64,000 nucleotides of DNA, taken from contig CAVZUZ010000012.1 in the NCBI GenBank assembly GCA_963778565.1, positions 795,764 through 859,763 of the forward strand. The letters run 5' to 3'. Origin of the DNA: Thermoanaerobaculaceae bacterium (GTDB taxonomy: Bacteria > Acidobacteriota > Thermoanaerobaculia > Multivoradales > UBA5704). A program made the translations under genes and the position numbers. The notes under the pieces are model-generated. The model made no database searches. It worked only from the letters and a program-made list of their open reading frames with translations, and had not been told where the DNA came from. Below are positions 37,799 through 47,706 of the stretch, in pieces (the first letter of the stretch is position 1; each line of letters starts with the position of its first letter).

Positions 37799-40426
37799 CT
37801 ACCCTTCCCGTAGCGTCAGAGAAGGACTGATCCGCGTCGCCCGCCGCGCCGGCAGCCAGCAGGCGAGGATCGCGGCCGCCAACAGCGCCAGGGTCGTCCC
37901 GAGGAAGGTCAGCGGATCGTGGGCGGTCACGCCGTACAGCACGCTCGACAGCGCGCGGCCGAGGGCCAGGGCGGCGCCGATGCCGCCGACGATGCCGACG
38001 GCGCACATGACGAGGTTGCCGCGCATGACGTGCCCCACGGCCTGCCGCGGCAAGGCGCCGAGCGCCAGGCGGACGGCGAGCTCCCGCGTGCGCTGGCCGA
38101 CGGTGTAGCCAACCACGCCGGCCACGCCGACGACGGCGAGAATCAAGGCAAGGCCGGCGAACGAGGCCACGAGGACGGTGTTGAACCGGGGCACGGCCGC
38201 GTTCGCGGCGATGGCGCTGCGCATCGTCTGAAAGCCCGAGACGGGCTGGTGCGGGTCCACCCGGGCGACCGCTCGGCGAATGGCCGGAATGAGCGCGGTC
38301 GGCTCGGTCCGCGTCCGCACCGCCAGCTTCATGGTCGGCCAGAGATACCAGGACGTCGACATGTACATCGTCGGCGTCAGCTCCTGCGCCAGCCCCAACT
38401 GCCGCACGTCGCCCACGGTGCCGACGACGGTGAAGGTCTGGCCGTTGCCCAGCTCGACCTCACGGCCGACCGGGTTCTCGCCGCCCGGCCACAGGCGCCG
38501 CGCCAGCCCTTCGCTCAGCAGCATGCTGTTTCGCGGCTCGCCGCGCGCCGCGAAGAGCCTCCCCTGGCGAAGCGGGACCTGGAGCGTGCGGAAGTAGTCG
38601 CCGGTGGCGATCCGCCAGGAGGCCTGGATACCCTCTTGCGGCATGCCTTCGGGACGCGGAATCGGAGACACCGCCATCGACGTGTCGCCCTGGCCGAGAG
38701 GAACGTCGCTGCTCACTCCCGCGGCGACGACGCCGGGCAATCCGCGGATCTCCTCCATGGCCGCATCGAAAAACTCGCGGTTGCGGTCCAGCATCTCGTC
38801 GGCGCTCTGCGAGCGGGTGATGCGCATCGTCAGCAGATGGTCCGGATCGGCGAAACCCAGCGCGACCTCCTGCAGGCGAAGGAGGCTCTGCGTCAGCAAA
38901 GCCGCGCCGACGACGAGCAGGGTCGCCAGAGCGAGCTGCATGGCGACGAGAGCATGGCGCGCGGGGCTCCGGCCTCCGGTCGTGGAGCGTCCGGCCTGCT
39001 GCAGCGCGTCCTGCACGTTGGAACGCAGAGCCATCCTGGCGGGAAGCAATCCGGTCAGGAGAGCCGTCACTCCAATGCAGAGAACGGCCACCAGCAGCAC
39101 CGGCAGATCGAGCGACAGCGCGCCGCGGCGGGGAATCGAATCCGGCAGGACGACGGCGGCGCCGCGGACGCCGGCCCAGGCGAGCGCGAGACCCGCGGCG
39201 CCACCGGCCGTGGCCAGCAGCAGGTTCTCGGTCAGCATCTGCCGCACCAGGCGCGCGCGGCTCGCTCCCAACGCCAGGCGGACGCCGATCTCCCGCAGGC
39301 GCCCCCCAGCCCGCGCCACCTGCAGATTGGCGACGTTGCTGGCAGCCACCAGGAGAAGCAACGCGACCGCCGCGAGCAGGATGCGCATCCGCTGGCTCAC
39401 CTCGTCGGCGACGATCCAGTCCCGGATCGGAGCGACCCGGACGCTCCAGCCCTTGTTGGTGTCGGTAAACTCGCGCTCGAGCCGGGAAGCGACGTTCTTC
39501 AGCTCCTCCTGCGCCTGCTCCAGGGTGACGCCCGGCGCCAGCCGGCCGAGAACGGTGAACCGATGGTCGCCGCGGCGCTGCTCGAGCTCCGGGTCATGCC
39601 CCAGCGGCAGCCAGAGGTCGACGTCCGTCGCGAAACCGACGTCCTGCGGCACGATGCCGACGATGACGTGAGGCACCAGGTTCACGTCGAGGGTGCGGCC
39701 GACGGCGCTTCTCTCTCCACCATAGCGGCGCCTCCACAGGCCCTCGCTGATCATGACCACCGGCGCGTTCGCCGGCCCGTCTTCCTCGGGAGTGAACGCG
39801 CGTCCGGCGATCGGCCGGATACCCAGCAGGTCCCACAAGTTGTAGGAGGCTCTGATGCCGTTCACGTGCTCCGGCTCGCCGCCGCCGGTCAGGTTCGAGT
39901 CGCTGCCGCGCAAGGCGGCCAGTTGTGAATAGCTGCGCGCCATCTCCCGCCAGGAGCGGAAGTTCGGCGCCGACGCCGAGAAACTCTCGATGTCGCGCTC
40001 CAGGTTCGTCTCCCAGATGCGGACGACGCGCTGCGGCTCGCGATACGGCAGCGGCGCCAGCAGCACCGCGTGCACGATGGTAAAAACCGCGGTCGTGGCC
40101 CCGATGCCGAGCGCCAGCGTCAGCAGGGCAGCCGTGGTGAACGACCAGTTCGGGCGCCCGGTGAGCGACCGCCAAGCGTAACGGAGGTCCCGGCTGAGGA
40201 TCTCTCCCTGGGTCCGGGCAGCCGTCGTCAAGGTGTCCAGCAGCACGGAGAGCCAGAGCGCCGTCACGCCCGGCAGGCCCCTCGCCTGTCGCTCCTCGCG
40301 CCAGCGGCTGCGGAACGCCGCGCGCATCTCGCCGGCGTACTCTTCCCGAAACGACGCCGGGTAGGCGCGCAGAAGAGCCGTGTAGAGACGATCGGCCCAG
40401 ACGGGAAAGCGGGAAGGAGAGCGCAT
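37799..40426 (-). CDS. Duplicated FtsX/MacB-type ABC permease (ADOP family)
   Basis: 875 aa containing two MacB_PCD + FtsX modules. The N-terminal YPASFREEYAGEMRAAF is typical of acidobacterial duplicated orphan permeases. Confidence 0.85.
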   Translation of the reverse strand: MRSPSRFPVWADRLYTALLRAYPASFREEYAGEMRAAFRSRWREERQARGLPGVTALWLSVLLDTLTTAARTQGEILSRDLRYAWRSLTGRPNWSFTTAALLTLALGIGATTAVFTIVHAVLLAPLPYREPQRVVRIWETNLERDIESFSASAPNFRSWREMARSYSQLAALRGSDSNLTGGGEPEHVNGIRASYNLWDLLGIRPIAGRAFTPEEDGPANAPVVMISEGLWRRRYGGERSAVGRTLDVNLVPHVIVGIVPQDVGFATDVDLWLPLGHDPELEQRRGDHRFTVLGRLAPGVTLEQAQEELKNVASRLEREFTDTNKGWSVRVAPIRDWIVADEVSQRMRILLAAVALLLLVAASNVANLQVARAGGRLREIGVRLALGASRARLVRQMLTENLLLATAGGAAGLALAWAGVRGAAVVLPDSIPRRGALSLDLPVLLVAVLCIGVTALLTGLLPARMALRSNVQDALQQAGRSTTGGRSPARHALVAMQLALATLLVVGAALLTQSLLRLQEVALGFADPDHLLTMRITRSQSADEMLDRNREFFDAAMEEIRGLPGVVAAGVSSDVPLGQGDTSMAVSPIPRPEGMPQEGIQASWRIATGDYFRTLQVPLRQGRLFAARGEPRNSMLLSEGLARRLWPGGENPVGREVELGNGQTFTVVGTVGDVRQLGLAQELTPTMYMSTSWYLWPTMKLAVRTRTEPTALIPAIRRAVARVDPHQPVSGFQTMRSAIAANAAVPRFNTVLVASFAGLALILAVVGVAGVVGYTVGQRTRELAVRLALGALPRQAVGHVMRGNLVMCAVGIVGGIGAALALGRALSSVLYGVTAHDPLTFLGTTLALLAAAILACWLPARRATRISPSLTLREG

Positions 40427-40429
40427 GCT

Positions 40430-40789
40430 TCAGCCCTCCTCCGCCGCCAGCCCGGCGCGCCGGCCGAGGGACACCAGCTCGGTGAGCCGTGCCAGCTCCA
40501 GTTGTGCCGCGCGCCGTCCGGAAGGCGTCAGCCGGTAGTACCGCCGGCGCTCGTCGTCCTCGTCCGGATCCCGCCGCTCGTTGAGCTCGACGATGAGACC
40601 CTTCTCCAGCAGCCGCTGAATCGTCGTGTAGAGGGTGCCTGGATTGAGCTTCGTCCGGCCGCCCGTCCGCTGCGCCACCTCCTGCATGATGCCGTACCCA
40701 TGGCGGTCGGCGTCGGATAGAGCGACGAGGATGTGGAAGGTGGCCGGGGGGAGGGGGAGCAGGCTTTCGAGGTCGTCATGGGCTCTCAT
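40430..40789 (-). CDS. PadR-family transcriptional regulator
   Basis: FHILVALSDADRHGYGIMQEV...LNPGTLYTTIQRLLEKGLI...RRYYRLTPSGR. Confidence 0.9.
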   Translation of the reverse strand: MRAHDDLESLLPLPPATFHILVALSDADRHGYGIMQEVAQRTGGRTKLNPGTLYTTIQRLLEKGLIVELNERRDPDEDDERRRYYRLTPSGRRAAQLELARLTELVSLGRRAGLAAEEG

Positions 40790-40851
40790 GAGCCCGACTA
40801 TATTGGATGCAGATATATTAGGTCAAGAGCTAGTCGGGGACGGTAGCGCCG

Positions 40852-41226
40852 TCATGAATTTCCCTCGAAGGGGTTCAAGATTCTCAGGCCATCGATGCCA
40901 GTGAAGTCGTCAACATTCCGAGTGACCAAGGTCAGGTTGTACAGAAGGGCTGTACCCGCTACCAGAGAATCACCGAGCTTGATCTTCCTCGCCTGACGGA
41001 GCCGAACCGCCGCGTCGAGGACAGGCCGAGAGAGAGGCAGGATGCGGGTCTCCGCGAAGAACGCCTCGAAATGCTCACGCTCCGTCTCACTCAGCCGGTG
41101 ATATCCGAGAACCTCGACATAGCTGGCGGCGGACACCGCCGGCACCCTCTCGACGATGAGCTGCCGAAGGAACTCATTTTCGGGCTGAGCGGAGTAGATG
41201 ATGATATTGCTGTCGAGGAGCATCAA
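40852..41226 (-). CDS. vapC: Type II toxin VapC (PIN domain)
   Basis: MLLDSNIIIY...LGDSLVAGTALLYNLTLVTRNVDDF. Confidence 0.9.
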   Translation of the reverse strand: MMLLDSNIIIYSAQPENEFLRQLIVERVPAVSAASYVEVLGYHRLSETEREHFEAFFAETRILPLSRPVLDAAVRLRQARKIKLGDSLVAGTALLYNLTLVTRNVDDFTGIDGLRILNPFEGNS

Positions 41227-41495
41227 GGATCACGATACGGAAGGGCTCTCTCCTGCCGCGTATCCCGCTCCCACTCGGCAGCGTCCCCGAAGCTCTTGGG
41301 GCCCCCGGCCGCAGCAAGCTGCTCCAAGGGAGCGGCCATGGCAATCCCCCGTGCTCTGGAGGTTGCGAGGGAATCCGGATGGTCCAGAATCGTCACGACA
41401 ACCTCGACTTCGCGGTCGGATGGGAGCGCTGCCGGCTCTTCATCGCGCCATTCCAGGCGATTCCCGTGCAGGACGGCTCTATAGGTGTCGCGCAT
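41223..41495 (-). CDS. Putative VapB-type antitoxin
   Basis: 4-nt overlap with vapC. AAGGGAG lies before ATG 41495. Small and acidic, with an N-terminal AVLHGNRLEW beta-strand motif. Confidence 0.55.
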   Translation of the reverse strand: MRDTYRAVLHGNRLEWRDEEPAALPSDREVEVVVTILDHPDSLATSRARGIAMAAPLEQLAAAGGPKSFGDAAEWERDTRQERALPYRDP

Positions 41496-41569
41496 CGCTG
41501 CTCCCTTCGGCCTCATAGTACTCCCGATAGCGCCACAGGTCGAGCGCGCACCCTTGATGAAGCTGGGCT

Positions 41570-41959
41570 TTAAGGCACACGCACCATCTGCTCGAACAGC
41601 TCGTCCAGCGCGCGCTCCGGCGAATCGCAGAGCCCCGTATGGACGGGCGAGACCTGGATGATCGTGCTGCGCGGGGCGACGAGCCAGTGGAAGCGCTCGC
41701 GGAGGGAGAGCCGCGCGATGGGTCCGCCTTCCGGGCTGCCGGCGCAGATTTTGGGAATCGCCTCCAGGTGCTGGCGGACCAGCTCGACATCGGTCTCGGG
41801 CCAGAGCGCGCGAAGCCGTGGCTCGTCGACCTCGACGCGGGCCTGCAGGAAGTCCCGCTCGAGACAGAAGAGGATCACGCCGGCGTTGACGAGCTCCTCG
41901 CGCTCCACGCGCGGGACCACCCGGATGACGGCGTAGTCAAACGAGCTGAGCGCGGGCAC
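41570..41959 (-). CDS. DUF3037 domain protein
   Basis: FDYAVIRVVPRVEREELVNAGVILFC...RFHWLVAPRSTIIQ resembles DUF3037. It overlaps the upstream kinase-like gene by 23 nt. Confidence 0.65.
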   Translation of the reverse strand: MPALSSFDYAVIRVVPRVEREELVNAGVILFCLERDFLQARVEVDEPRLRALWPETDVELVRQHLEAIPKICAGSPEGGPIARLSLRERFHWLVAPRSTIIQVSPVHTGLCDSPERALDELFEQMVRVP

Positions 41960-42716
41960 GCACCGCCTCCTCGACGAATCCCGAAGTCGCTTCGAGCCTC
42001 CGGGTCAGGAACGTCAGATACCCGGCGCGCCGGTCGGCGGGAGAGATCTCGGCATCGGCCGGCAGCCAGGAATCCGGGATCTGCTCGATCACCCGCGCAA
42101 ACAGCGTCTCATCGAGCCGCGGGCGCAACCGCTGATCGGCCTCCTCGATACGGCTCGCCCAGGGCAGTAGGATGTGATCGCGAACGGGGGAGAACCGGCT
42201 GCGGGCCATTTCCTCCACATTCTGCCAGTTGTGGTGGAAGTAGAACCCGGCACCATGGTCGATCAGGTAGAGCACCTTGTGCCACCACAACAGATTGGAG
42301 TTCCGCGGCGTCCGGTCGACGTTGGTGATGAAGGCGTCGAACCACACGATGGCCGAGGCGAGATCCGCCTCGACAGCATCGCCGGCGGCAGGATCGAAGG
42401 CCACGGAACCCGGCAGGTAGTCGACGCCCAGGTTCAGCCCCACGCTCGCCTTCAGCAGATCACGGATCTCCGGGTCCGGCTCGTTGCGTCCGAGCGCGGC
42501 GTCCACCTCCATCAGCACCAGGTCCGGCACCTTGAGACCGAGGGCGCGGCCGATCTCGCCGGCGATCAGCTCGGCCACCAGCGCCAGCGGACCCTGTCCG
42601 GCGCCCCGGAACTTGAGCACGTAGAACCCCAGATCGCTGGCCTCCACGATGGCCGGAAGCGAGCCGCCTTCGCGCAGGGGGGTTACATAGCGGGTGGCGT
42701 AGACCGTTGGGGGCAT
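41937..42716 (-). CDS. HipA-like (PI3/4-kinase fold) family kinase
   Basis: GGSLPAIVEASD..YVLKFRGAGQG...FDAFITNVDRTPRNSNLLWW...LIDHGAGF has catalytic-loop and DxG-like motifs of HipA-family kinases. Confidence 0.65.
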   Translation of the reverse strand: MPPTVYATRYVTPLREGGSLPAIVEASDLGFYVLKFRGAGQGPLALVAELIAGEIGRALGLKVPDLVLMEVDAALGRNEPDPEIRDLLKASVGLNLGVDYLPGSVAFDPAAGDAVEADLASAIVWFDAFITNVDRTPRNSNLLWWHKVLYLIDHGAGFYFHHNWQNVEEMARSRFSPVRDHILLPWASRIEEADQRLRPRLDETLFARVIEQIPDSWLPADAEISPADRRAGYLTFLTRRLEATSGFVEEAVRARAQLV

Positions 42717-42726
42717 GGACTCGTGC

Positions 42727-43020
42727 TCAACTACGGCCAGTCCAATAGGCTGGCCTGCGCCGATGGTGAGCGAGGGCGATCACCCGAAGCTCGTCACCTT
42801 TGACGTAGTAGATGATGCTGTAAGGGAACCGGCGTAGCGGAAAGCGCCGTCTGCCTCTCTTCCAAGAGGGACCGAGCTGGGGATGGGCGCAAAGAACGTT
42901 GAGAGTACGCTCGAACTCGTCAACGAAAGCCCGGCCGAGCTCGGCATTCCCTTCCCGGGCGTAGCGCAGAGCTCCCTCGCGGAGCTCCTCATCGGCCTCG
43001 GGACTGATCGAAGGAATCAC
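42727..43020 (-). CDS. RelE/ParE-family toxin
   Basis: GTG 43020 overlaps the antitoxin stop (GTGA). RRFPLRRFPYSIIYYVKGDELRVIALAHHRRRPAYW is ParE/RelE-like. Confidence 0.8.
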   Translation of the reverse strand: MIPSISPEADEELREGALRYAREGNAELGRAFVDEFERTLNVLCAHPQLGPSWKRGRRRFPLRRFPYSIIYYVKGDELRVIALAHHRRRPAYWTGRS

Positions 43021-43241
43021 CCGATGCCGGCGCGAGCGCGCGCTATCGCCTCGGCCGCGGGAATGAGCTTGGCGCGACCGCTCTCGATCTCCTCGACACG
43101 CCGCTCGACCTCGACTGCCCAAGCCTCCTCGACTTCACTATCCTCAGAGAGGCTGGCGATCAGGCGATCTGCAAGCCGCGCCCGCTCCTCCACGGTGAGC
43201 TTGAGCGCCTGCGCTTCCACGATTTCGAGTTGGTCCGGCAT
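43017..43241 (-). CDS. Addiction-module antitoxin component
   Basis: LTVEERARLADRLIASL...EVEEAWAVEVERRVEEIESG matches the 'putative addiction module component' family. Confidence 0.75.
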   Translation of the reverse strand: MPDQLEIVEAQALKLTVEERARLADRLIASLSEDSEVEEAWAVEVERRVEEIESGRAKLIPAAEAIARARAGIG

Positions 43242-43290
43242 ACGTTCCTCATTCTGCAGATTGATGGCGAGCCACTAGTCGCTACGCCGA

Positions 43291-43452
43291 TCAAGGCTGA
43301 TGTTTATCGTGCGTGGCCGCTACGTCCACTTCGCCGGACTCAAACCTAGCTTCAAGGATGGCATAGAGAGCGTCCAAGCGCTGTTCATCAGTCCCAGGCG
43401 ACACGCTGCGCAGCTCGACTCCGTTCTCATAGACAGCACGGATCAGGGCCAT
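43291..43452 (-). CDS. Small antitoxin-like protein
   Basis: MALIRAVYENGV (DUF104-like N-terminus) and a C-terminal ...SGEVDVAATHDKHQP. Start chosen at the second ATG. Confidence 0.4.
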   Translation of the reverse strand: MALIRAVYENGVELRSVSPGTDEQRLDALYAILEARFESGEVDVAATHDKHQP

Positions 43453-43584
43453 TCGGCACTCCTTGCCAGCTCCGGGTCGAGCCAGTTTCGTCACAGTTAG
43501 CTTACTACGAGAGGGGACGCACGTCACCTCTGCCCGGCTGGCAAGGTCTAAACGGGTCAGCGACGACTGAAGTAAGATAGAGCC

Positions 43585-44022
43585 ATGGAAGATCCTGTTC
43601 GGGAGCAGAAGCTTTTCGAGAAGATCCGCGCGCTGCCGGAGGAGAAGGTCGCCGAGGTCGAGGCTTTCGTCGACTCACTCCAAGATCGCAAGGACGCACG
43701 CCTCATTCGCAGTCGCGAGGACGAGGCGACTAGCGAGGCGCAGGGCTTCCCGCGCTTGGCTGTAGCGGTTGGCGGGCCGGAAGACCTGTCCAGCCGCCGC
43801 AAGGCGGTGCAAGAGCTGTCCAGCTTTCACCTTCCCGTGGGCGATCCTGAGGATTTGGAGCGTGAATCCGTACCCGAGAGCAGTGAAGTAGCGAAGCGGG
43901 CTCGGCAGCTCGTGGAGTCGGGTATTGCGAGCTGGAAGGGTGGCAAGCCCAAGGGATCGCACCCGAGGCCACGGATAAAGGGCAAGAGCGCTTCGGCCAT
44001 CGTTCTGGAAGGTCGTCGTTGA
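43585..44022 (+). CDS. Hypothetical protein with DUF2281-like N-terminus
   Basis: LFEKIRALPEEKVAEVEAFVDSLQ resembles antitoxin-like DUF2281. The remainder is low complexity. Confidence 0.4.
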   Translation: MEDPVREQKLFEKIRALPEEKVAEVEAFVDSLQDRKDARLIRSREDEATSEAQGFPRLAVAVGGPEDLSSRRKAVQELSSFHLPVGDPEDLERESVPESSEVAKRARQLVESGIASWKGGKPKGSHPRPRIKGKSASAIVLEGRR

Positions 44023-44052
44023 TTCGGGCTAAGCCTTCACGCGCGTAAGGTC

Positions 44053-47000
44053 ATGGGTACCCCTTTTCTGATCGACGGGGTGCGGATCCGCCAACTTGCC
44101 TCAACCCGGCAAGGGCGCGTGAGTTTAGGGGGGTTCGCATACCAGATGGGCTATGCCATCGCCCGGCTGGCTAGCCTATACACTCGCCGCCCAATCTTGG
44201 ACATTGATAGTTTTCCGACCCTACTCCGATTTGATTGGGCTGAGGACCTTGACGAAGTGGATGTCAGAGGCCGCGCCGTCTTCACTCAATGCAAGCGGAT
44301 TTCTGACATCGGCCAGCCCGGGACCTTGGCCGATGTCCTGCTGGGATTCGCCCCCAAATGGCTGTGGGCCCCTGAAGACCAGCGACCGGACCTGCGCTTT
44401 CGGCTCGTCTGCACCGATTCCCGCTTCGCCGGTCTGGGTCCGACCACCCTCAGTTCATATCGGCTAAAACCCGGAGAGTCCGATGAAACCACCGTTCTAG
44501 CCGCTGCTGTGGCGCGACTGGAGGACTCTCCTGGTCCGAAATCGGACCGGGCACTCTGGCAACCCGAAGCGGGCGGGATCGGATTCTCCCAGTTGTGTAA
44601 CGCGCTTTGGAATCAGACGGAGGTGCTATATCTGTCCGGGGAGCCCCACGGAGACGATCCCGCCGGACCGCTGCTTCGGGCCGAGCAGGAAGTGCTGGCC
44701 CGCCTCGTTCGGATGCAAATTGTGGTGCCCTCACGACAGAGGCCAGCCCTAGCTGCCCTGCGTACTCTCCTCCACGGAAACTTGATCGAGTTCGATCCCA
44801 ACGGAACCCGGCTGATTCCGACAATTGATCGCGAGCCACAGGTCATCGGCTACGACGATGTTCACTACGCGCTCTTCGAGTTTCAGAGACCGGCCGAAGA
44901 GCGGTCCCCGTTCCAGCTCGTGACGCGACAGATTCTCGAAGAGGCGGCTAAGGAGCCGAAGCATTCCTTCGTGGCGCGGCCCCCGCGCTGGGCGGACGTG
45001 GTGCACGGCCAGGACGAGGAGATTCGGTTCCTCGAGCGGGAGATGACCAGTCAATTCATCGATCGGATCAGAGACGAGTTGCTGGGGCGCCTCGGAGAAG
45101 GGGAGGTGCTGCCAATGCTTTTCGTGCTCGGAGCCCCGGGGGCAGGAAAGAGTACTCTGGTTCGGCGGGTGGCAGCACGTCTGGTCCTGCAGGGGCTCGC
45201 GGTCGTAGCTGCTCCCAAGCTTAACCTGGACAGCATCGAACCGGATGAGTTCGAGCCATTCTTTCAATCCCTCGCCCGTTTGGAGGAGGGCTCTCTGCCG
45301 GTGCTCCTGGTGTTGGACGATCCATTCTTCGCCGATTCTGGCTGGGTCGACCTCCTCCGGCGCTTAGCCAAGAAAAGCCAGCGGATCGCGGTTCTAGGTG
45401 CCAGCCCAGAATACCTGTTCCGGGAATTTGGATACCCGCTGACGACCGGGCGCCAGATTGATTGCCGGACCTTAACGCTTCCTCGTCCCCAGCGAATGGA
45501 GCGACGGTCACTGGCTGAGCTCCATGGGCGAGATCCCGATCGTTTCGAAGAGCGTGAGGAGGACTTTCTAGTTCTGGCGATGGAAGCCTCGGCGGGGGTC
45601 TCGTTCGAGAAAATTATTGATCGAGTCTGGATGACACTCAATAGTGGCCGCCCGATCGAACCCCGGCTACGTCCAGAGGATCTCCCATGGACGGTGCGGG
45701 CCTATTTGGTTGCCTGCTACTTCCATCGATTCTATGTGGCGTGTCCCGAAGTATTGATGCAGGCGGCTCTAAGCCAGCCCGGGCGGGACCAGCCGCCGGG
45801 CGAGTTTGCGTATGAGTTGCGGCGCTTGGTCGACGAACAAGGATGGTCAATTTTCCGCATTGCAGAACCGAGGTCCGGGGAACGTTTCTTGGGGGTGCGG
45901 ATAGGAGCTGCGCATGCACGAGTCGCAGCCGAGGCATGGCGCCGCAGACCCGTTCCTGCCTTCGATGTCGGCGAATGGGTGCTCCAATCATCGCTTGACG
46001 CCCGAGCAGCCGCAGTGGAGATAGGAACCCTTGCTGTAAAACTCGAAGAGAATCGAGGACAAGATGAGACTGCCTTTATCGAAAGACTTATCACACTCTG
46101 GAACCAAGCCGCCGAAGCGGGAACCCTCGAGGCTAATAGCCTCTCTCTTTTGCGCAGTGCGCTTTCGAAGTCAGCATCATCTTCAGCGCGTAAGTTGCGC
46201 GCCGGCCTGCAAAAATGCATTGCTCGCGCAGATGAACAGAGCTGGCTTGCAGCCCTTGAGCTGATTCGAGACTCGCGTTCGCACACCGATATAGTGACAC
46301 AGGTTGGACCCTTTGCCAATCTAATAGAACTGATTCGAGTAGCCGATTTCCATCTTGCCCCATCACGTGCTGGTCAGCTCCTGAACAGGCTGAGAGACGA
46401 TCCGGTCAGCTACGAAGCTTTCGTTGTCAGAGTTAAGGAGACCGCTGATCATCCGCGTGCCTATCAGCTCTTGGCATCGCTAATTGCCGAGAATCCAGAT
46501 GATGAGGGAACCCGAGAACGAGCCACAGACTGGATCGAAGCCAACTTGAATCATCCCCAGGTATATGTGGCTCCTCGCCCCGTTGGTGGCATCGAAACCC
46601 GAGGACGGAGTAGTCCGACTGCTTGCCACAGACTGGATCGAAGCCAACTTGAATAATCCCCAGGTATATGTGCTCCTTGCTCCGTTGGTGGCCGCGCAGC
46701 CTGAGGATGGAGTGGTCCGACAGCTCGCCACAGATTGGATCGAAGCCAATTTGAATAATCCCCAGGTATATTGCCTCCTCACGCCATTGGTGGCAGCGAA
46801 CCCCGAGGACAAATTGGTACGCCAAAGAGCCGATGAATTGATTGGAACCGGCCCCAATTTCCCCCAGGCGTTTCAACTGCTTGCAGCCCTGGTAGCGGCA
46901 AACCCTGAAGATGAAGTAATACGCGAGAGAGTGAGCCAGTGGATCGAGAGGAATATGGAACATCCCCAAGTAGAACAACTCCTTACACCTTTGGTGGCTG

Positions 47001-47663
47001 CCAACCCACAAGATGAAGTAATCCTCGAGCGGGCGATCGACTGGATCAAAGCTAACTTGGAGAATCCCAAGGTTGCAAATTTGCTATCCACGCAGACGAC
47101 ATGCTTCGCTTGGGGGAAACCTACCTGAAAAACCAAGAACGGCGTGGCCGGGGAAGCATTCTGGGCGTATTATTAACAGGCGGCAAGCGAGTCCCCGATA
47201 TATTGAACTTGCACTTGATTACCTGGAAGGAGAGAGCAGTTCGGCGCAAAGAAAGTACATTCTAAGGCAGCTCGCAAAAGCGGCATCCAATAATCTTTCT
47301 GCTGCTCTGGCCTATGTAGCGGCCTGTTCTGACGCCAAGCGAAAGCGGACGGTATTAAAAAGTATTGCCCTTGGCATCCTGCGCCGTCCTAAGTCTCTCG
47401 AGGCTCTCTTGGACGGCCGAATCGAAACTGTGGACCCTGAAGACGCTAATAAGCTCGTTGTCAGTCTCCTCGACCTTGGAATCCATGCTGAGGAGTTGAA
47501 TCGGTTCATCGGAAGGCGTTTGGCAGATAACTTTCGGCAACGAGGATACGGATTTCTCCTCCGGGCAGCCCAGCGTAATCCAATTGTCCGGACCGACATT
47601 CTTCGGTTTCCGGACCTTGACCCTAGGGTGCGCGCAGATCTTATTGGTAACGCTCAGAGCTGA
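44053..47663 (+). pseudogene. Avs-like antiviral STAND NTPase (Cap4/DUF4297-type nuclease N-terminus + P-loop NTPase + helical repeats), at least 3 frame breaks
   Basis: N-terminus GGFAYQMGYAIARL...DWAEDLDEV...FTQCKR (DUF4297-like), Walker A LGAPGAGKSTLV, Walker B LLVLDDPF. The C-terminus has ~38-aa tandem repeats ATDWIEANLNxPQVYxLLAPLVAAxPEDxVVR. Frame switches at about 46569, 47090 and 47205. Confidence 0.72.
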
Positions 47664-47706
47664 ACAGCTTGGAGCAGCTGAGGACAGCGCCAGCCAGGAT
47701 TAACAT

